DNA of 64,000 bases from Longimicrobiales bacterium (GTDB lineage Bacteria; Gemmatimonadota; Gemmatimonadetes; Longimicrobiales; Gaopeijiaceae), in contig JAWLHJ010000004.1 in assembly GCA_041690395.1 (NCBI GenBank), positions 529,365 to 593,364 of the forward strand, in the 5' to 3' direction. Under the pieces are notes generated by a model. It worked only from the letters and a program-made list of their open reading frames with translations, was not told the origin of the DNA and did no database searches. Positions 19,644 to 29,430 of the stretch are shown here, piece after piece. How positions within the stretch are numbered: position 1 is the stretch's first letter; every line of letters starts with the position of its first letter. The position numbers were made by a program, and so were the translations under genes.

Positions 19644-21109
19644 CCCCGTACCTCCGCTACCAGGTCGTAGTCCAAGGCGTCCACGATCTCCACGTCGACG
19701 AATTCGCCCGGCTTCAGCCGCTCCAGGAGCGCCGGGTCCGGGGCCAGCACGTTCGTCACGCCGTCGACGTCCAACGCCTGCGCGACCGTGCGGGCCGTCG
19801 CGGCGTATTCGCGGTCCTCGGGCGTCAGGCGGTCCACGAGCGCCTTCGAGCGCGTCCCGACCAGGGCGAGGTTGCGGTCGAAGGAGATGCCGCGCTGCAC
19901 TTCCATGAGCGTCTCGAGCCGCTCGTAGATGAGCGACTCCGGGAGCTGCCCGGGAAGATCCGCGGCCCTGGTCCCCTCCTCGACCGAATATCCGAAGGCC
20001 CCCACGCGGTCGAACTCGATCTCCTCGAGCAGGTCCAGAAGGCCCTGGAAGTCCTCGTCGGTCTCGCCCGGGAACCCCACGATGACGGTCGTGCGGAGCG
20101 TCAGTCCGGGGATCGCCTCGCGGAGCCAGGAGACGCGCTCGCGGATAGTGGCCTGCCGCTCCGGACGGCGCATGAGCTCGAGCACCCGGTCGCTCCCGTG
20201 CTGGATCGGCATGTCCAGGTACGGCAGGATACGCGGCTCCCCCGCCATGAGATCCACCATCTCGCGGGTGATCCCCGACGGGTACATGTAGAACAGGCGA
20301 TACCACGGAATGTCGGTGCCGTCGATGAGCCCGCGGAGCAGCTCCGCGAGGAGCGGAGCCTCGCGGTCCTTCCGCTTGAGGTCCCGTCCGTACCAGGTCG
20401 TGTCCTGCGAGATGATGTTGATCTCGCGCACGCCCTGGGCGCCCATGGAGGCGGCCTCGCGCACGAGCTCGTCGAGCGGGTGTGACCGGTGCAACCCCCG
20501 CATCAGGGGAATCGCACAGAACGCGCAGGTGTGGTCGCACCCCTCGCTGATCTTCAGGTACGAGGTGTGGCGCGTCTCGGACGAGAGCACACGGAGCGGC
20601 CGTTCCATGAGGGGGACCACGTCCTCCTCGGCGGGGAGCAGCCCCCGGCTCCGGAGCTCGGGGATCAGCCCGGGAAGGTCGGTGAGTCCCATGAAGACGT
20701 CGACCTCGGGGATCTCCTCCACGAGCTCGCTCTTGTACCGCTGCACGAGGCAGCCCACGGCGACCACTGCCTTCAGCCCACCCGCGGCCTTGACCTCGCA
20801 CGCCTCCAGGATCGTCTCGATGGACTGTTCCTTGGCCTCCTGGATGAAGCCGCAGGTGTTCACGATGACCACGTCCGCGCCGTCCACGTCGGACGTCACG
20901 CGGGCGCCGTGGCCGACGAGCGCGGCCATCATGCGCTCGGAGTCGACGGTGTTCTTGTCGCAGCCGAGCGTGATCAGCGCGATGCGCGGACCGTCCGCGG
21001 GTCCCGCCGCATCGAGGTCGTGCGACACGGCGCTCACGCTGGCGGGCACACCCGGGCGCACGGGCTCGGGAGTGACCGGGAAGACCGGAAGGTCGCGTGT
21101 TCGTGTCAT
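19640..21109 (-). CDS. rimO: Ribosomal protein S12 methylthiotransferase
   Basis: TLGCDKNTVDSE, NTCGFI, KISEGCDHTCAFCAIP, TRAM domain. Confidence 0.96.
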   Translation of the reverse strand: MTRTRDLPVFPVTPEPVRPGVPASVSAVSHDLDAAGPADGPRIALITLGCDKNTVDSERMMAALVGHGARVTSDVDGADVVIVNTCGFIQEAKEQSIETILEACEVKAAGGLKAVVAVGCLVQRYKSELVEEIPEVDVFMGLTDLPGLIPELRSRGLLPAEEDVVPLMERPLRVLSSETRHTSYLKISEGCDHTCAFCAIPLMRGLHRSHPLDELVREAASMGAQGVREINIISQDTTWYGRDLKRKDREAPLLAELLRGLIDGTDIPWYRLFYMYPSGITREMVDLMAGEPRILPYLDMPIQHGSDRVLELMRRPERQATIRERVSWLREAIPGLTLRTTVIVGFPGETDEDFQGLLDLLEEIEFDRVGAFGYSVEEGTRAADLPGQLPESLIYERLETLMEVQRGISFDRNLALVGTRSKALVDRLTPEDREYAATARTVAQALDVDGVTNVLAPDPALLERLKPGEFVDVEIVDALDYDLVAEVRG

Positions 21110-21119
21110 GGGATGGCCG

Positions 21120-21770
21120 TCAGCCGGATACGATGAGCGCGCCCTCGGGGGGCGTGAACGTGAACCACTCGCCCGCGGGATCGGAGGCGAAGTCGATGTT
21201 CGAGAGGGTGATCGTACGTACCGTCCCGTTCTCCTCTTCGATGCGGATACGGCGCAGGGCCGGCCGGCCTTCGTCGATCCAGAGCGTGGCCGCCCGATAC
21301 GAGGCGCGCTGCTTCGGGACGAGCCCCAGCCGATGGGTCGCGCGCCCGTCCACGGTGTCCGTCCCCTCGTAGGTCACGTCGTACTTCACCTCGGGATCCT
21401 CGAGGAACTCGCGGTGGAAGTCGTGCCCGCCGCGCTGCTGGGCGACCGGCATGCGCATCACCTGCTTCTCGTCGAGGCTGGGATAGTAGACCCAGACCCA
21501 TTCCCCGTCGATGACCACCCGGTCACCGTCGGGCTCGGTGAAGCGCATCGCGAACTTGTTGGGACGCGCCTGACAGATACGGCCCGTTCCGGTGCGCTCG
21601 TCTCCGAGGAGCGGCACGACCAGATGCTGCGAAAAGTCGGCGCAGAGCGCGTCGACCTGCTGGTACCGCTCCGCCGCCCCGTTGATGATCGCGAGGCCGT
21701 CCTGCGCGGCCGTCGGGGAGGGTGCGAATACGATGGCGACGAGGGCGAGGGCGATCGACGCACGCATCAT
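21120..21770 (-). CDS. lolA: Outer-membrane lipoprotein carrier protein LolA
   Basis: Signal peptide, ADFSQ, RPNKF, DGEWVWVYYP, FTFTPPEG; directly after ftsK. Confidence 0.88.
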   Translation of the reverse strand: MMRASIALALVAIVFAPSPTAAQDGLAIINGAAERYQQVDALCADFSQHLVVPLLGDERTGTGRICQARPNKFAMRFTEPDGDRVVIDGEWVWVYYPSLDEKQVMRMPVAQQRGGHDFHREFLEDPEVKYDVTYEGTDTVDGRATHRLGLVPKQRASYRAATLWIDEGRPALRRIRIEEENGTVRTITLSNIDFASDPAGEWFTFTPPEGALIVSG

Positions 21771-24154
21771 ACCGGCCCCGCCCCGCAGATGGCGTCGAGC
21801 TCGTCCATGCTCACCAGGACCTCCCGTCCCTTCGGTCCGTCGGACGGCCCGATGACGCCCGCGTCGTGGAGCTGGTCCACGATCCGGGCCGCCCGGCCGT
21901 AGCCGATGCTGAGCCTCCGCTGGAGCAGCGACGTCGACCCCGTCCCGTTCTGGATGCACACCTCCGCGGCCGCCCGGAACAGCTCGTCCCAGTCGCCCGC
22001 GATCTCCTCGACCTGCGCCGCGGCGTCGTCCAGCTCCTGGCTCTTCAGCTCGTCCAGGATGTCCGTCTCCGGAATCGGCTCCTCCGGACGGTCCTCGACC
22101 TCGCCCCTCCGTTCCAGGAGCTCGATGTACCAGCCCATCAGTCGCTCGGTGTCCTCGGTCGGCAGATACGCTCCCTGGATGCGCACGGGGTCGCTCTGGC
22201 CCGGCGGCAGGAAGAGCATGTCCCCGTTGCCGAGGAGCGCATCGGCGCCGTTCTGGTCCAGAATCGTGCGGGAGTCGGTCTTCGAGGCGACCCGGAACGC
22301 GATCCGCGTCGGGAAGTTCGCCTTGATGAGTCCGGTGATGACGTTCACCGACGGCCGCTGCGTCGCGACGATCAGGTGGATGCCGATCGCCCGCGCCTTC
22401 TGCGCGAGCTGCGTGAGCGGCTTCTCGATCTCGCTCTGCACGGTCATCATGAGGTCGGCGAGCTCGTCGACCACCACGACGATGTAGGGCATCAGCCCTT
22501 CCTGATAGATCCATCGGTCTTCGTCTCCCTCTGGGCCCCTCGGCTCGCTGCGCTTGAGCAGCACGCCGTCGCGCACCTTGCGGTTGAATTCCGCGATCGA
22601 CCGGACATGGTTGGCCTTGAGGAGCGTGTAGCGACGCTCCATCTCGATCACGGCCCACTTGAGTACACCGGCGGCGTCCCTGGGGTCGGTGACGACGTTG
22701 TGGCGCAGATGCGGAAGCCGTCCGTAGACCGAGAGCTCGACCATCTTGGGGTCGATCATCAGGAGACGGAGCGTCTCGGGCGTGTGACGGAACACGAGGC
22801 TCGTCACGATCGTGTTGATGCACACCGACTTTCCGGAGCCCGTGGCGCCGGCGATGAGCAGGTGGGGCATCTTCTCCAGCGGCGTAACGTAAGCACGCCC
22901 CGAGAGGTCCTTGCCCAGCGCGAGCGGCAGGTCGCCCTTCGCGTTCCGGAAGGCCGGCGTCTCCAGGATCTCCCGGAGGTTCACGATCTCCTTCTCGGGG
23001 TTGGGGATCTCGACGCCCACCGCGCCCTTCCCGGGGATCGGGGCCACGATACGGATCGTCTGCGCCTTCATGGCGAGCGCGAGATCCGCGTCGAGGTTCG
23101 CGATCCGGTTCACCTTCACGCCCGGCGCCGGCACGACCTCGAACTGCGTCACGACGGGGCCCGTGGTCCGGCCCCCGAGCTCGCTCTTGATGTTGAACGT
23201 GCTCAGCTTCTCGATGAGGATCTTGCCGAGCTCGTCCAGCCCCCGCTCCATCTTCGCGCGATCGACACGCTCCGGCGCGCTCAGTAGGTCGACGGGCGGC
23301 ATCTCGTGGTCGGAGCCGTCGGGCGCGTTCGGATCGGGGAGGTCGTCGTCGTCCGCGTCGTCGTAGTCGTGTGCCCCGGCGGGCGCCTCCGGCTCATGGT
23401 CCCACGCGGACTCACCTTCCCAGGGAGCCTCGCCCCCGTCGTCCTCGAGGTCCTCCTCGGCTTCCTCGCCTTCGACCTCCTCGGGCGCCGGGTCGGACTC
23501 CGCGTCGTCCTCGCGCATCCACTCGGGCTCGAGCCCCGGCACGGGGGCCACGTCCTCCGCGTCGGGCTCCTCGACCACTTCGAGCGCCCGGGCCTCCGCC
23601 GCCTGCCGGCGCTTCTCCGCGAGCTGGCGGGCGGCCCGGCCCGCCGCGTCGCCACCGGCCAGCAGGCCGCGCCCCGCCGCGCGGAGCGGATTCCAGCCCA
23701 GGGTTCCCACCGACAGCGCGACCACGCCCACGGAACAGACGAGCACCGCGCCCAGCCAGCCTACCCAGGCCTGCAGCGGCTCGCCGAGGGCTCGGCCGAG
23801 CCAGCCGGACCCGGCGGATCCGGCGGTGAAGATCCAGGTGGCGGTCGGGAGCAGGAGGAGCAACCCCGCGCCCAACACGGCCGCGCGCAGCGCCAGCCCG
23901 GGATCGATCCACTCGCCCAGGCGAACGCCCCCGAGCAGCACGAGGACGGGCACGAGGAACGCCGTTCCGCCCAGGAACGCCGTCAGGATGCCGTGGACCG
24001 TTCCGCCCACCATCCCCATCATGTTTCCGGAGGGGAACCACTCCACCCCCCGCTCGCCGAACAGCGCGACCGGAAGCAGGGACAGGAGCACGAAGAGGCC
24101 CACGGCGAGCAGCGCCACCGCGAGGATCTCCCGTCTCTGTTCCGCACTGAGCAT
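21767..24154 (-). CDS. ftsK: DNA translocase FtsK
   Basis: N-terminal TMs, PHLLIAGATGSGKS, DELADLM, ATQRPS, gamma domain (SLLQRRLSIGYGRAAR). Confidence 0.96.
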   Translation of the reverse strand: MLSAEQRREILAVALLAVGLFVLLSLLPVALFGERGVEWFPSGNMMGMVGGTVHGILTAFLGGTAFLVPVLVLLGGVRLGEWIDPGLALRAAVLGAGLLLLLPTATWIFTAGSAGSGWLGRALGEPLQAWVGWLGAVLVCSVGVVALSVGTLGWNPLRAAGRGLLAGGDAAGRAARQLAEKRRQAAEARALEVVEEPDAEDVAPVPGLEPEWMREDDAESDPAPEEVEGEEAEEDLEDDGGEAPWEGESAWDHEPEAPAGAHDYDDADDDDLPDPNAPDGSDHEMPPVDLLSAPERVDRAKMERGLDELGKILIEKLSTFNIKSELGGRTTGPVVTQFEVVPAPGVKVNRIANLDADLALAMKAQTIRIVAPIPGKGAVGVEIPNPEKEIVNLREILETPAFRNAKGDLPLALGKDLSGRAYVTPLEKMPHLLIAGATGSGKSVCINTIVTSLVFRHTPETLRLLMIDPKMVELSVYGRLPHLRHNVVTDPRDAAGVLKWAVIEMERRYTLLKANHVRSIAEFNRKVRDGVLLKRSEPRGPEGDEDRWIYQEGLMPYIVVVVDELADLMMTVQSEIEKPLTQLAQKARAIGIHLIVATQRPSVNVITGLIKANFPTRIAFRVASKTDSRTILDQNGADALLGNGDMLFLPPGQSDPVRIQGAYLPTEDTERLMGWYIELLERRGEVEDRPEEPIPETDILDELKSQELDDAAAQVEEIAGDWDELFRAAAEVCIQNGTGSTSLLQRRLSIGYGRAARIVDQLHDAGVIGPSDGPKGREVLVSMDELDAICGAGPV

Positions 24155-24157
24155 CGG

Positions 24158-24889
24158 CTAGCTCTTCCGTTCCACCGTCGCGGTGATCGCCTGGTCCGTC
24201 ATCTCCGGCACGATGCCGTGTCGATCCACGTCCGCGCAGATCTCCAGATCGTCGGACAGCCCGATCTCGGAGAGCACCCCGGCCGCCGCGGTGTCCGCCA
24301 GGACCGCCCGGTCCGGCTGCAAGGACTCTGCCAGGACCAGGGCCGCGCGGGACGCGTCGTTCAGACGGGGAGACTCGCCCGCCGCATCGTGGATCCTCGA
24401 GATCAGGGCACCGGCGCAGAGGGCGTCCTCTATGGAAAACTCGTCTTCCTTGCCGGCGCAGAGGATGGCCACCGCCTCGGAGCCTGCCAGCGCTCCGGCC
24501 ACGGCCCCCAGGTTGGTGAAGGCGCAGACGACGAGGCGCTCCCCTTCCGCGCCGGCCACCAGGGCGCGGGTTCCGTTCGTGGTGCTCATCACGAGGCGCT
24601 TGCCCCGCACGGCCTCCGCGGTGAACTCACGCGGCGAGTTCCCGAGATCGAAGCCTTCGATCTTCACCCCCTTCCGCTCACCGCAGAGCAACGTGTCCTC
24701 GCGCCCGAACGACTGCGCGAGCCGGACGGCGTCCTCGGTGGAGGCCGTCGGGTAGATGGCGCGGGCGCCGTTGGCGAGCGCCTCGGTCATGGTGGTGGTC
24801 GCCCGGATGACGTCGATGACCACCACCACCGACGTGGCGAGGGCCTGCGGGTCCACCTCGGCCGTGGTGAAGTACGTGTCGATCCTCAT
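24158..24889 (-). CDS. comB: 2-phosphosulfolactate phosphatase family protein
   Basis: VVIDVIRATTT, GERKG, DLGNSP, TTNGT, EDALCAG. Confidence 0.9.
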   Translation of the reverse strand: MRIDTYFTTAEVDPQALATSVVVVIDVIRATTTMTEALANGARAIYPTASTEDAVRLAQSFGREDTLLCGERKGVKIEGFDLGNSPREFTAEAVRGKRLVMSTTNGTRALVAGAEGERLVVCAFTNLGAVAGALAGSEAVAILCAGKEDEFSIEDALCAGALISRIHDAAGESPRLNDASRAALVLAESLQPDRAVLADTAAAGVLSEIGLSDDLEICADVDRHGIVPEMTDQAITATVERKS

Positions 24890-24899
24890 CGGCCGCCCG

Positions 24900-26261
24900 T
24901 CACGCGTGCTCGCGCGCCGCGTCCTCCGCCTGAATCCGCGCCACGAATCCGGTGTCCACGTCGCCCCGGATGAACGCCTCGTCGTCGAGGATCCGCCGGA
25001 GGAAGGGGAGCGTGGTATGGATGCCTTCGATGATGAACTGGTCCAGGGAATGCCTGGCCCGCACGATGGCCTCGTCCCGGTCGCGACCGCTCACGATGAG
25101 CTTCGCGATCAGCGAGTCGTAGTAGGGGGGCACCTTGTACCCGGCGTACACGTGGGTGTCGAGGCGGACACCCGGACCGCCCGGCGGGTGGAAGGTGTGA
25201 ATCGTCCCCGGGGACGGCGCGAAGTTGCGCGCCGGGTCCTCGGCGTTGATGCGGAACTCGATCGCGTGCCCGCGGAGCTCCGCGCCCTCGGGGTTGGACA
25301 GCGGCTCGCCCGCGGCGACCCGGACCTGCTCCTTCACCAGGTCGACCCCGGTGCACACCTCGGTCACGGGATGCTCCACCTGGATCCGGGTGTTCATCTC
25401 CATGAAGTAGAACGACCCGTCCTGGTCGAGCAGGAACTCCACGGTCCCGGCTCCGACGTAGTCGATCGCCTGGGCGGCCTTCACGGCGGCCTGGCCCATC
25501 TCCTCCCGAAGCTCGGGGGTGAGCGCGGGCGACGGCGCCTCTTCGAGCAGCTTCTGGTGACGTCGCTGGATCGAGCAGTCGCGCTCTCCGAAGTGGACGA
25601 CCTTCCCCTTGCTGTCGCCGAAGACTTGGATCTCGACGTGGCGCGGCTTCAGGATGCACTTCTCGAGGTACACGCCCCCGTTGCCGAACGCCGCCTGTGC
25701 CTCGACCTGCGCGGCCTTCAACTGCTTCTCGAACGTGTCGGGCTTGTCGGCGATCCGCATCCCCTTGCCGCCCCCGCCCGCCGACGCCTTGATCATGATC
25801 GGGTACCCGATCTCGTCGGCGACGCGACGGGCCTCGTCCATGTCGTCGATGATCCCCTCGGAGCCGGGCACGGTCGGCACGCCCACGTCCATCATGGTCT
25901 GCCGGGCCGTCGCCTTGTCGCCCATCAGCCGGATCTGCTCCGGCGTGGGCCCGATGAAGACGAGCTCCGAACGGGCGCAGATCTCGCTGAACTCGGCGTT
26001 CTCCGCGAGAAATCCGTACCCGGGATGGATCGCCTCGGCGCCCGTCACCTCGGCGGCCGCGATGATCCTCGGGATGTTCAGGTAGCTCTCACTCGCCGCG
26101 GCTGGACCGATGCAGACGTCTTCGTCGGCGAAGCGCACGTGCAGCGACTCGCGATCGGCCTCCGAATACACCGCGACGGTCTTCACGCCCAGCTCGTGGC
26201 AGGCGCGGATGATGCGCAGCGCGATCTCGCCTCGATTGGCGATCAGGACCTTCTGGAACAA
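24900..26261 (-). CDS. accC: Acetyl-CoA carboxylase biotin carboxylase
   Basis: [46 protein letters not shown]. Confidence 0.97.
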   Translation of the reverse strand: MFQKVLIANRGEIALRIIRACHELGVKTVAVYSEADRESLHVRFADEDVCIGPAAASESYLNIPRIIAAAEVTGAEAIHPGYGFLAENAEFSEICARSELVFIGPTPEQIRLMGDKATARQTMMDVGVPTVPGSEGIIDDMDEARRVADEIGYPIMIKASAGGGGKGMRIADKPDTFEKQLKAAQVEAQAAFGNGGVYLEKCILKPRHVEIQVFGDSKGKVVHFGERDCSIQRRHQKLLEEAPSPALTPELREEMGQAAVKAAQAIDYVGAGTVEFLLDQDGSFYFMEMNTRIQVEHPVTEVCTGVDLVKEQVRVAAGEPLSNPEGAELRGHAIEFRINAEDPARNFAPSPGTIHTFHPPGGPGVRLDTHVYAGYKVPPYYDSLIAKLIVSGRDRDEAIVRARHSLDQFIIEGIHTTLPFLRRILDDEAFIRGDVDTGFVARIQAEDAAREHA

Positions 26262-26370
26262 GCGTATCCCTCCATGAACGCGGCACGTCCGATCCTCGGG
26301 GGCTCGGACGTGCCTCGACTCCTCCCGAAGGAGGAGAATGTGTCAGTCTTCCGGGCCGGCGCCGTGCGCG

Positions 26371-26859
26371 TCAGCTCGGACGGACCCGGAACAGGACCTG
26401 GCCGAACTCCACCGGCTGAGCGTTCTCGACGCAGATCTCGACCACGGTGCCCTTCACCTCGGACTCGAGCTCGTTCATGAGCTTCATCGCCTCGATGATG
26501 CAGAGCGTGTCGCCGAGCGCGATCTTGCTGCCCTCGTCGACGTACGCGGGGGCGTCCGGCGCGGGGGCCCGGTAGAACGTGCCCACCATGGGCGACGTGA
26601 CCTCGATGAGGTCTTCGTCCTTCGCGGGCGCGCCGGCGGGCTCGGATTCGGCGCCGCCGGAAGCCGGCGCCGGGGCTGGCGCCTGGGGCTGAGGGGCCGC
26701 GGGCGCGAGGGCCGGAGCGGCCTGCACGGCCGGCGCCGCGGCGACGGGCGGCGTCTTCGCCAGCCGCACCCGCGTGCCTCCGCGCTCGATCTCGAGCGAA
26801 TCCACTCCGCTCTCGTCGAACGCACGAATCAAACGCTCGATGAACTCCAAGTCGATCAT
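26371..26859 (-). CDS. accB: Biotin carboxyl carrier protein
   Basis: [16 protein letters not shown]. Confidence 0.97.
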   Translation of the reverse strand: MIDLEFIERLIRAFDESGVDSLEIERGGTRVRLAKTPPVAAAPAVQAAPALAPAAPQPQAPAPAPASGGAESEPAGAPAKDEDLIEVTSPMVGTFYRAPAPDAPAYVDEGSKIALGDTLCIIEAMKLMNELESEVKGTVVEICVENAQPVEFGQVLFRVRPS

Positions 26860-26863
26860 GCGT

Positions 26864-27424
26864 TCACACCCTGGAAAGGTATTTGTCTTCGGTTCGGTCG
26901 ATCCTCAGCACGTCGCCCTCTTCGACGAAGAGCGGGACCTGGATCACGGCGCCGGTCTCGAGGGTCGCAGGCTTCGTGCCACCCTGGGCCGTGTCGCCCC
27001 GGAGGCCCGGATCGGTCTTGGTCACCTCGAGCTCCACGAACTGCGGCAGCTCTACGCTGATGACCTTGTCGTTATGCACGAGGCCCTCGCACTCCATGTT
27101 CTCCTTGAGATACTGGAGCTGCTCCTCACCGAGCAGGTCCCCCGAGATCGGGATCATCTCGAAGGTGTTGGCGTCCATGAAGTAATACAGGACGCCGTCG
27201 GTGTAGCTGTAGTTCACCGGCCGTCGCTCGAGGCGCACGTCCGTGACCTTCTCGCCGGCCCGGTACGTCTTGTCGACGACCGCGCCCGTCAGGACGTTCT
27301 TGAGCTTGGTGCGCACGAAGGCGCCGCCCTTGCCGGGCTTCACGTGCTGGAAATAGCTGATGGCCCAGAGATCACCTTCGATCTCGAGGACCATTCCGTT
27401 GCGGAAATCCGCGGTGCTCGCCAT
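26864..27424 (-). CDS. efp: Elongation factor P
   Basis: [25 protein letters not shown]. Confidence 0.97.
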   Translation of the reverse strand: MASTADFRNGMVLEIEGDLWAISYFQHVKPGKGGAFVRTKLKNVLTGAVVDKTYRAGEKVTDVRLERRPVNYSYTDGVLYYFMDANTFEMIPISGDLLGEEQLQYLKENMECEGLVHNDKVISVELPQFVELEVTKTDPGLRGDTAQGGTKPATLETGAVIQVPLFVEEGDVLRIDRTEDKYLSRV

Positions 27425-27469
27425 GCGGCCTCGCGTTGGGGATCGTGTGCTTGGATTCGCTCCGCGACT

Positions 27470-27904
27470 TCAGTCGCGGAGCCGGGCCACCAGGCCCCGG
27501 AGCCCTAGAAGATAGCTCTCGACGCCGAAGCCATAAACCACACCGGCCGCGACACCCGAAAGATAGGAGTGGTGCCTGAACGGCTCCCGGGCCGCCGTGT
27601 TGGAGAGGTGCACCTCGACGAACGGACGGTCCACGCCCGCGAGCGCATCGCGGAGCGCCACCGAAGTATGGGTCAGCGCGCCGGGGTTGATCACGAAGCC
27701 GTCGACCCGACCGGCGGCCTCCTCGACGTGGTCGAGGATCTCTCCCTCGTGGTTCGACTGGAACGTCTCGAGCTCGACGTCGAGCTGGCCCGCGAGCTCG
27801 CCCAGCGCGGCGTTCACGTCGGACAGGGTGGCGGTGCCGTACACCTCCGGCTCACGCCGGCCCAGGAGCCGAAGGTTCGGCCCGTGGATCACTCCGACCC
27901 TCAC
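27470..27904 (-). CDS. aroQ: Type II 3-dehydroquinate dehydratase
   Basis: [38 protein letters not shown]. Confidence 0.96.
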   Translation of the reverse strand: MRVGVIHGPNLRLLGRREPEVYGTATLSDVNAALGELAGQLDVELETFQSNHEGEILDHVEEAAGRVDGFVINPGALTHTSVALRDALAGVDRPFVEVHLSNTAAREPFRHHSYLSGVAAGVVYGFGVESYLLGLRGLVARLRD

Positions 27905-29175
27905 GAGCGGTCCCCGTCCCGGCCCCAGCTCAGGAGGTCGTCGAAGTACCGGCCGATGCTGGGACCCGCTTCGGATGCTTCACCCGACTCCGAGCCCTCG
28001 TCCGAGTCGGCGGCTTCACCGGCCCAGGCGAACGGTGTGTCGATGTCCGGCTGGCTCTCCCGATGCTCCGCCAGGTCCCGCGCCAGCGCTTCGAGCTCCT
28101 CGTCCCGCTCCCGGGCACGGGCCTCCCTCGCGGCGGAGTCGGCGACCGGATCCGGGGGCGAAGGCGCCTCTTCGGAGGCCGAGGCACCTCCGCTCGTGTC
28201 GTCCTCCGGCTCGTAGGCTCCGTCCATCCGTGCCTCCAGCTCCTGGAGTCGTGCCGCGAGGTCCTCGTCGTCGGGGCGCTCGGACCGAAGCTGGCGGAAC
28301 ACCTCGACCGCCCGGTCGAGGAAGCCCTGCTTGGCGTAGAGCTCACCCAGCGTGCGGGTATAGATCCGTGGCGCCCCGCTCGCCGACGGCGTCGCCTGCG
28401 ACTCCTCGGGCGGAGTGGGGGCCGCCTCCTCGGGCGGCGGGTCGGCGAAGTCGGGCGCGAGGGCCGTGACGTCCAGCACCGGCTCGTCGGCCTCGAGCTC
28501 GGGCGCGAGGGCCGCCACGTCCAGCACCGGCTCGTCGGCTTCGGGCTCGGGCGCGAGGGCCGCCACGTCCAGCACCGGCTCCTCGGCTTCGGGCTCGGGC
28601 GCGAGGTCCGCCACGTCCAGCACCGGCTCCTCGGCTTCGGGCTCGGGCGCGAGGTCCGCCACGTCCAGCACGGGCTCGTCGGCTTCGGGCTCGGGCGCGA
28701 GGTCCGCCACGTCCAGCACGGGCTCGTCGGCTTCAGGCTCGGGCGCGAGGTCCGCTGCGTCCAGCACCGGCTCGGGCCGGGTCACGGACTCCTCTTCGAG
28801 GACCTCCGGCTCGAGCGCGGCCAGCGTCTCGAACGCGTCCAGCGCCTCGGTCGCCCGGCCGGCCCCGTCGAGCGCCTTCACGAGCGCGGCCAGCGCGCTC
28901 ACGTTCTCGGGATCCAGATCGAGGGCACGACGAGCGGCCAGCTCGCCCTCCTCGAAGAGACCTTGCTCGACGTAGAGGCGCGCGGCGACGACGTGCCCCG
29001 GCGCGAAGTCCGGGACCCGGCTCAGGCCGTCGGTGAGGAGTCCGAACGCCTTGCGAGGCTCCTTCGCCCGCCGGTAGGCGTCCGCGAGGGGCGCGAAGGC
29101 ATGGCCGCCGGGATCCCTCTCGGACCCCAGGATGGCATGGAGTGTCCGGATCTCTACTTCGAGGGTCTCGAGCAC
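27901..29175 (-). CDS. TPR protein with acidic 16-aa repeat linker
   Basis: N-terminal TPRs ([10 protein letters not shown]), [16 protein letters not shown] repeats, C-terminal TPR ([10 protein letters not shown]); GTG start after GGAG. Confidence 0.85.
   Translation of the reverse strand: MLETLEVEIRTLHAILGSERDPGGHAFAPLADAYRRAKEPRKAFGLLTDGLSRVPDFAPGHVVAARLYVEQGLFEEGELAARRALDLDPENVSALAALVKALDGAGRATEALDAFETLAALEPEVLEEESVTRPEPVLDAADLAPEPEADEPVLDVADLAPEPEADEPVLDVADLAPEPEAEEPVLDVADLAPEPEAEEPVLDVAALAPEPEADEPVLDVAALAPELEADEPVLDVTALAPDFADPPPEEAAPTPPEESQATPSASGAPRIYTRTLGELYAKQGFLDRAVEVFRQLRSERPDDEDLAARLQELEARMDGAYEPEDDTSGGASASEEAPSPPDPVADSAAREARARERDEELEALARDLAEHRESQPDIDTPFAWAGEAADSDEGSESGEASEAGPSIGRYFDDLLSWGRDGDRS
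28451..28774. repeat. 48-bp intragenic tandem repeat, about 6.75 copies
   Basis: Units begin at 28451, 28499, 28547, 28595, 28643, 28691 and 28739. Confidence 0.95.
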
Positions 29176-29272
29176 GACAACTCCGGATTGGGCGAGGCGC
29201 GGAAGAAGAAGACGGGCACGCCGGGCGCGGAGGGCGTCGGGGTGGTCCGGGCGACCCCCCACATGCGCCCGC

Positions 29273-29370
29273 AAGATACGGAGGTGCGGGAAAAAGTGTC
29301 AACGCGAAGGGAACACCGCTCCCTTCCCGCCCGTAGTTCCGTTGAGACCAACCCGAGGACCGGTTATCCT
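29273..29370. promoter_or_regulatory. Divergent promoters: TTGACA-N18-TATCTT (minus, TPR gene) and TTGAGA-N17-TATCCT (plus, surA)
   Basis: Minus: -10 at 29273-29278, -35 at 29297-29302; plus: -35 at 29342-29347, -10 at 29365-29370. Confidence 0.6.
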
Positions 29371-29430
29371 TCCGGTTCTATTCTGCAGCACCTCTTTTCA
29401 CCCGGTCAGGGTCGTAGGAGACGCCGTCTC

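Noticed and set aside
28451..28774. 48-bp repeats as a CRISPR array
   Set aside because: No unique spacers, in-frame peptide repeat, no cas genes
28063..29430. N-terminal extension of the 1067-aa ORF (apparent repeat-SurA fusion)
   Set aside because: It overlaps the minus-strand TPR gene; SurA has its own promoter and start at 29431
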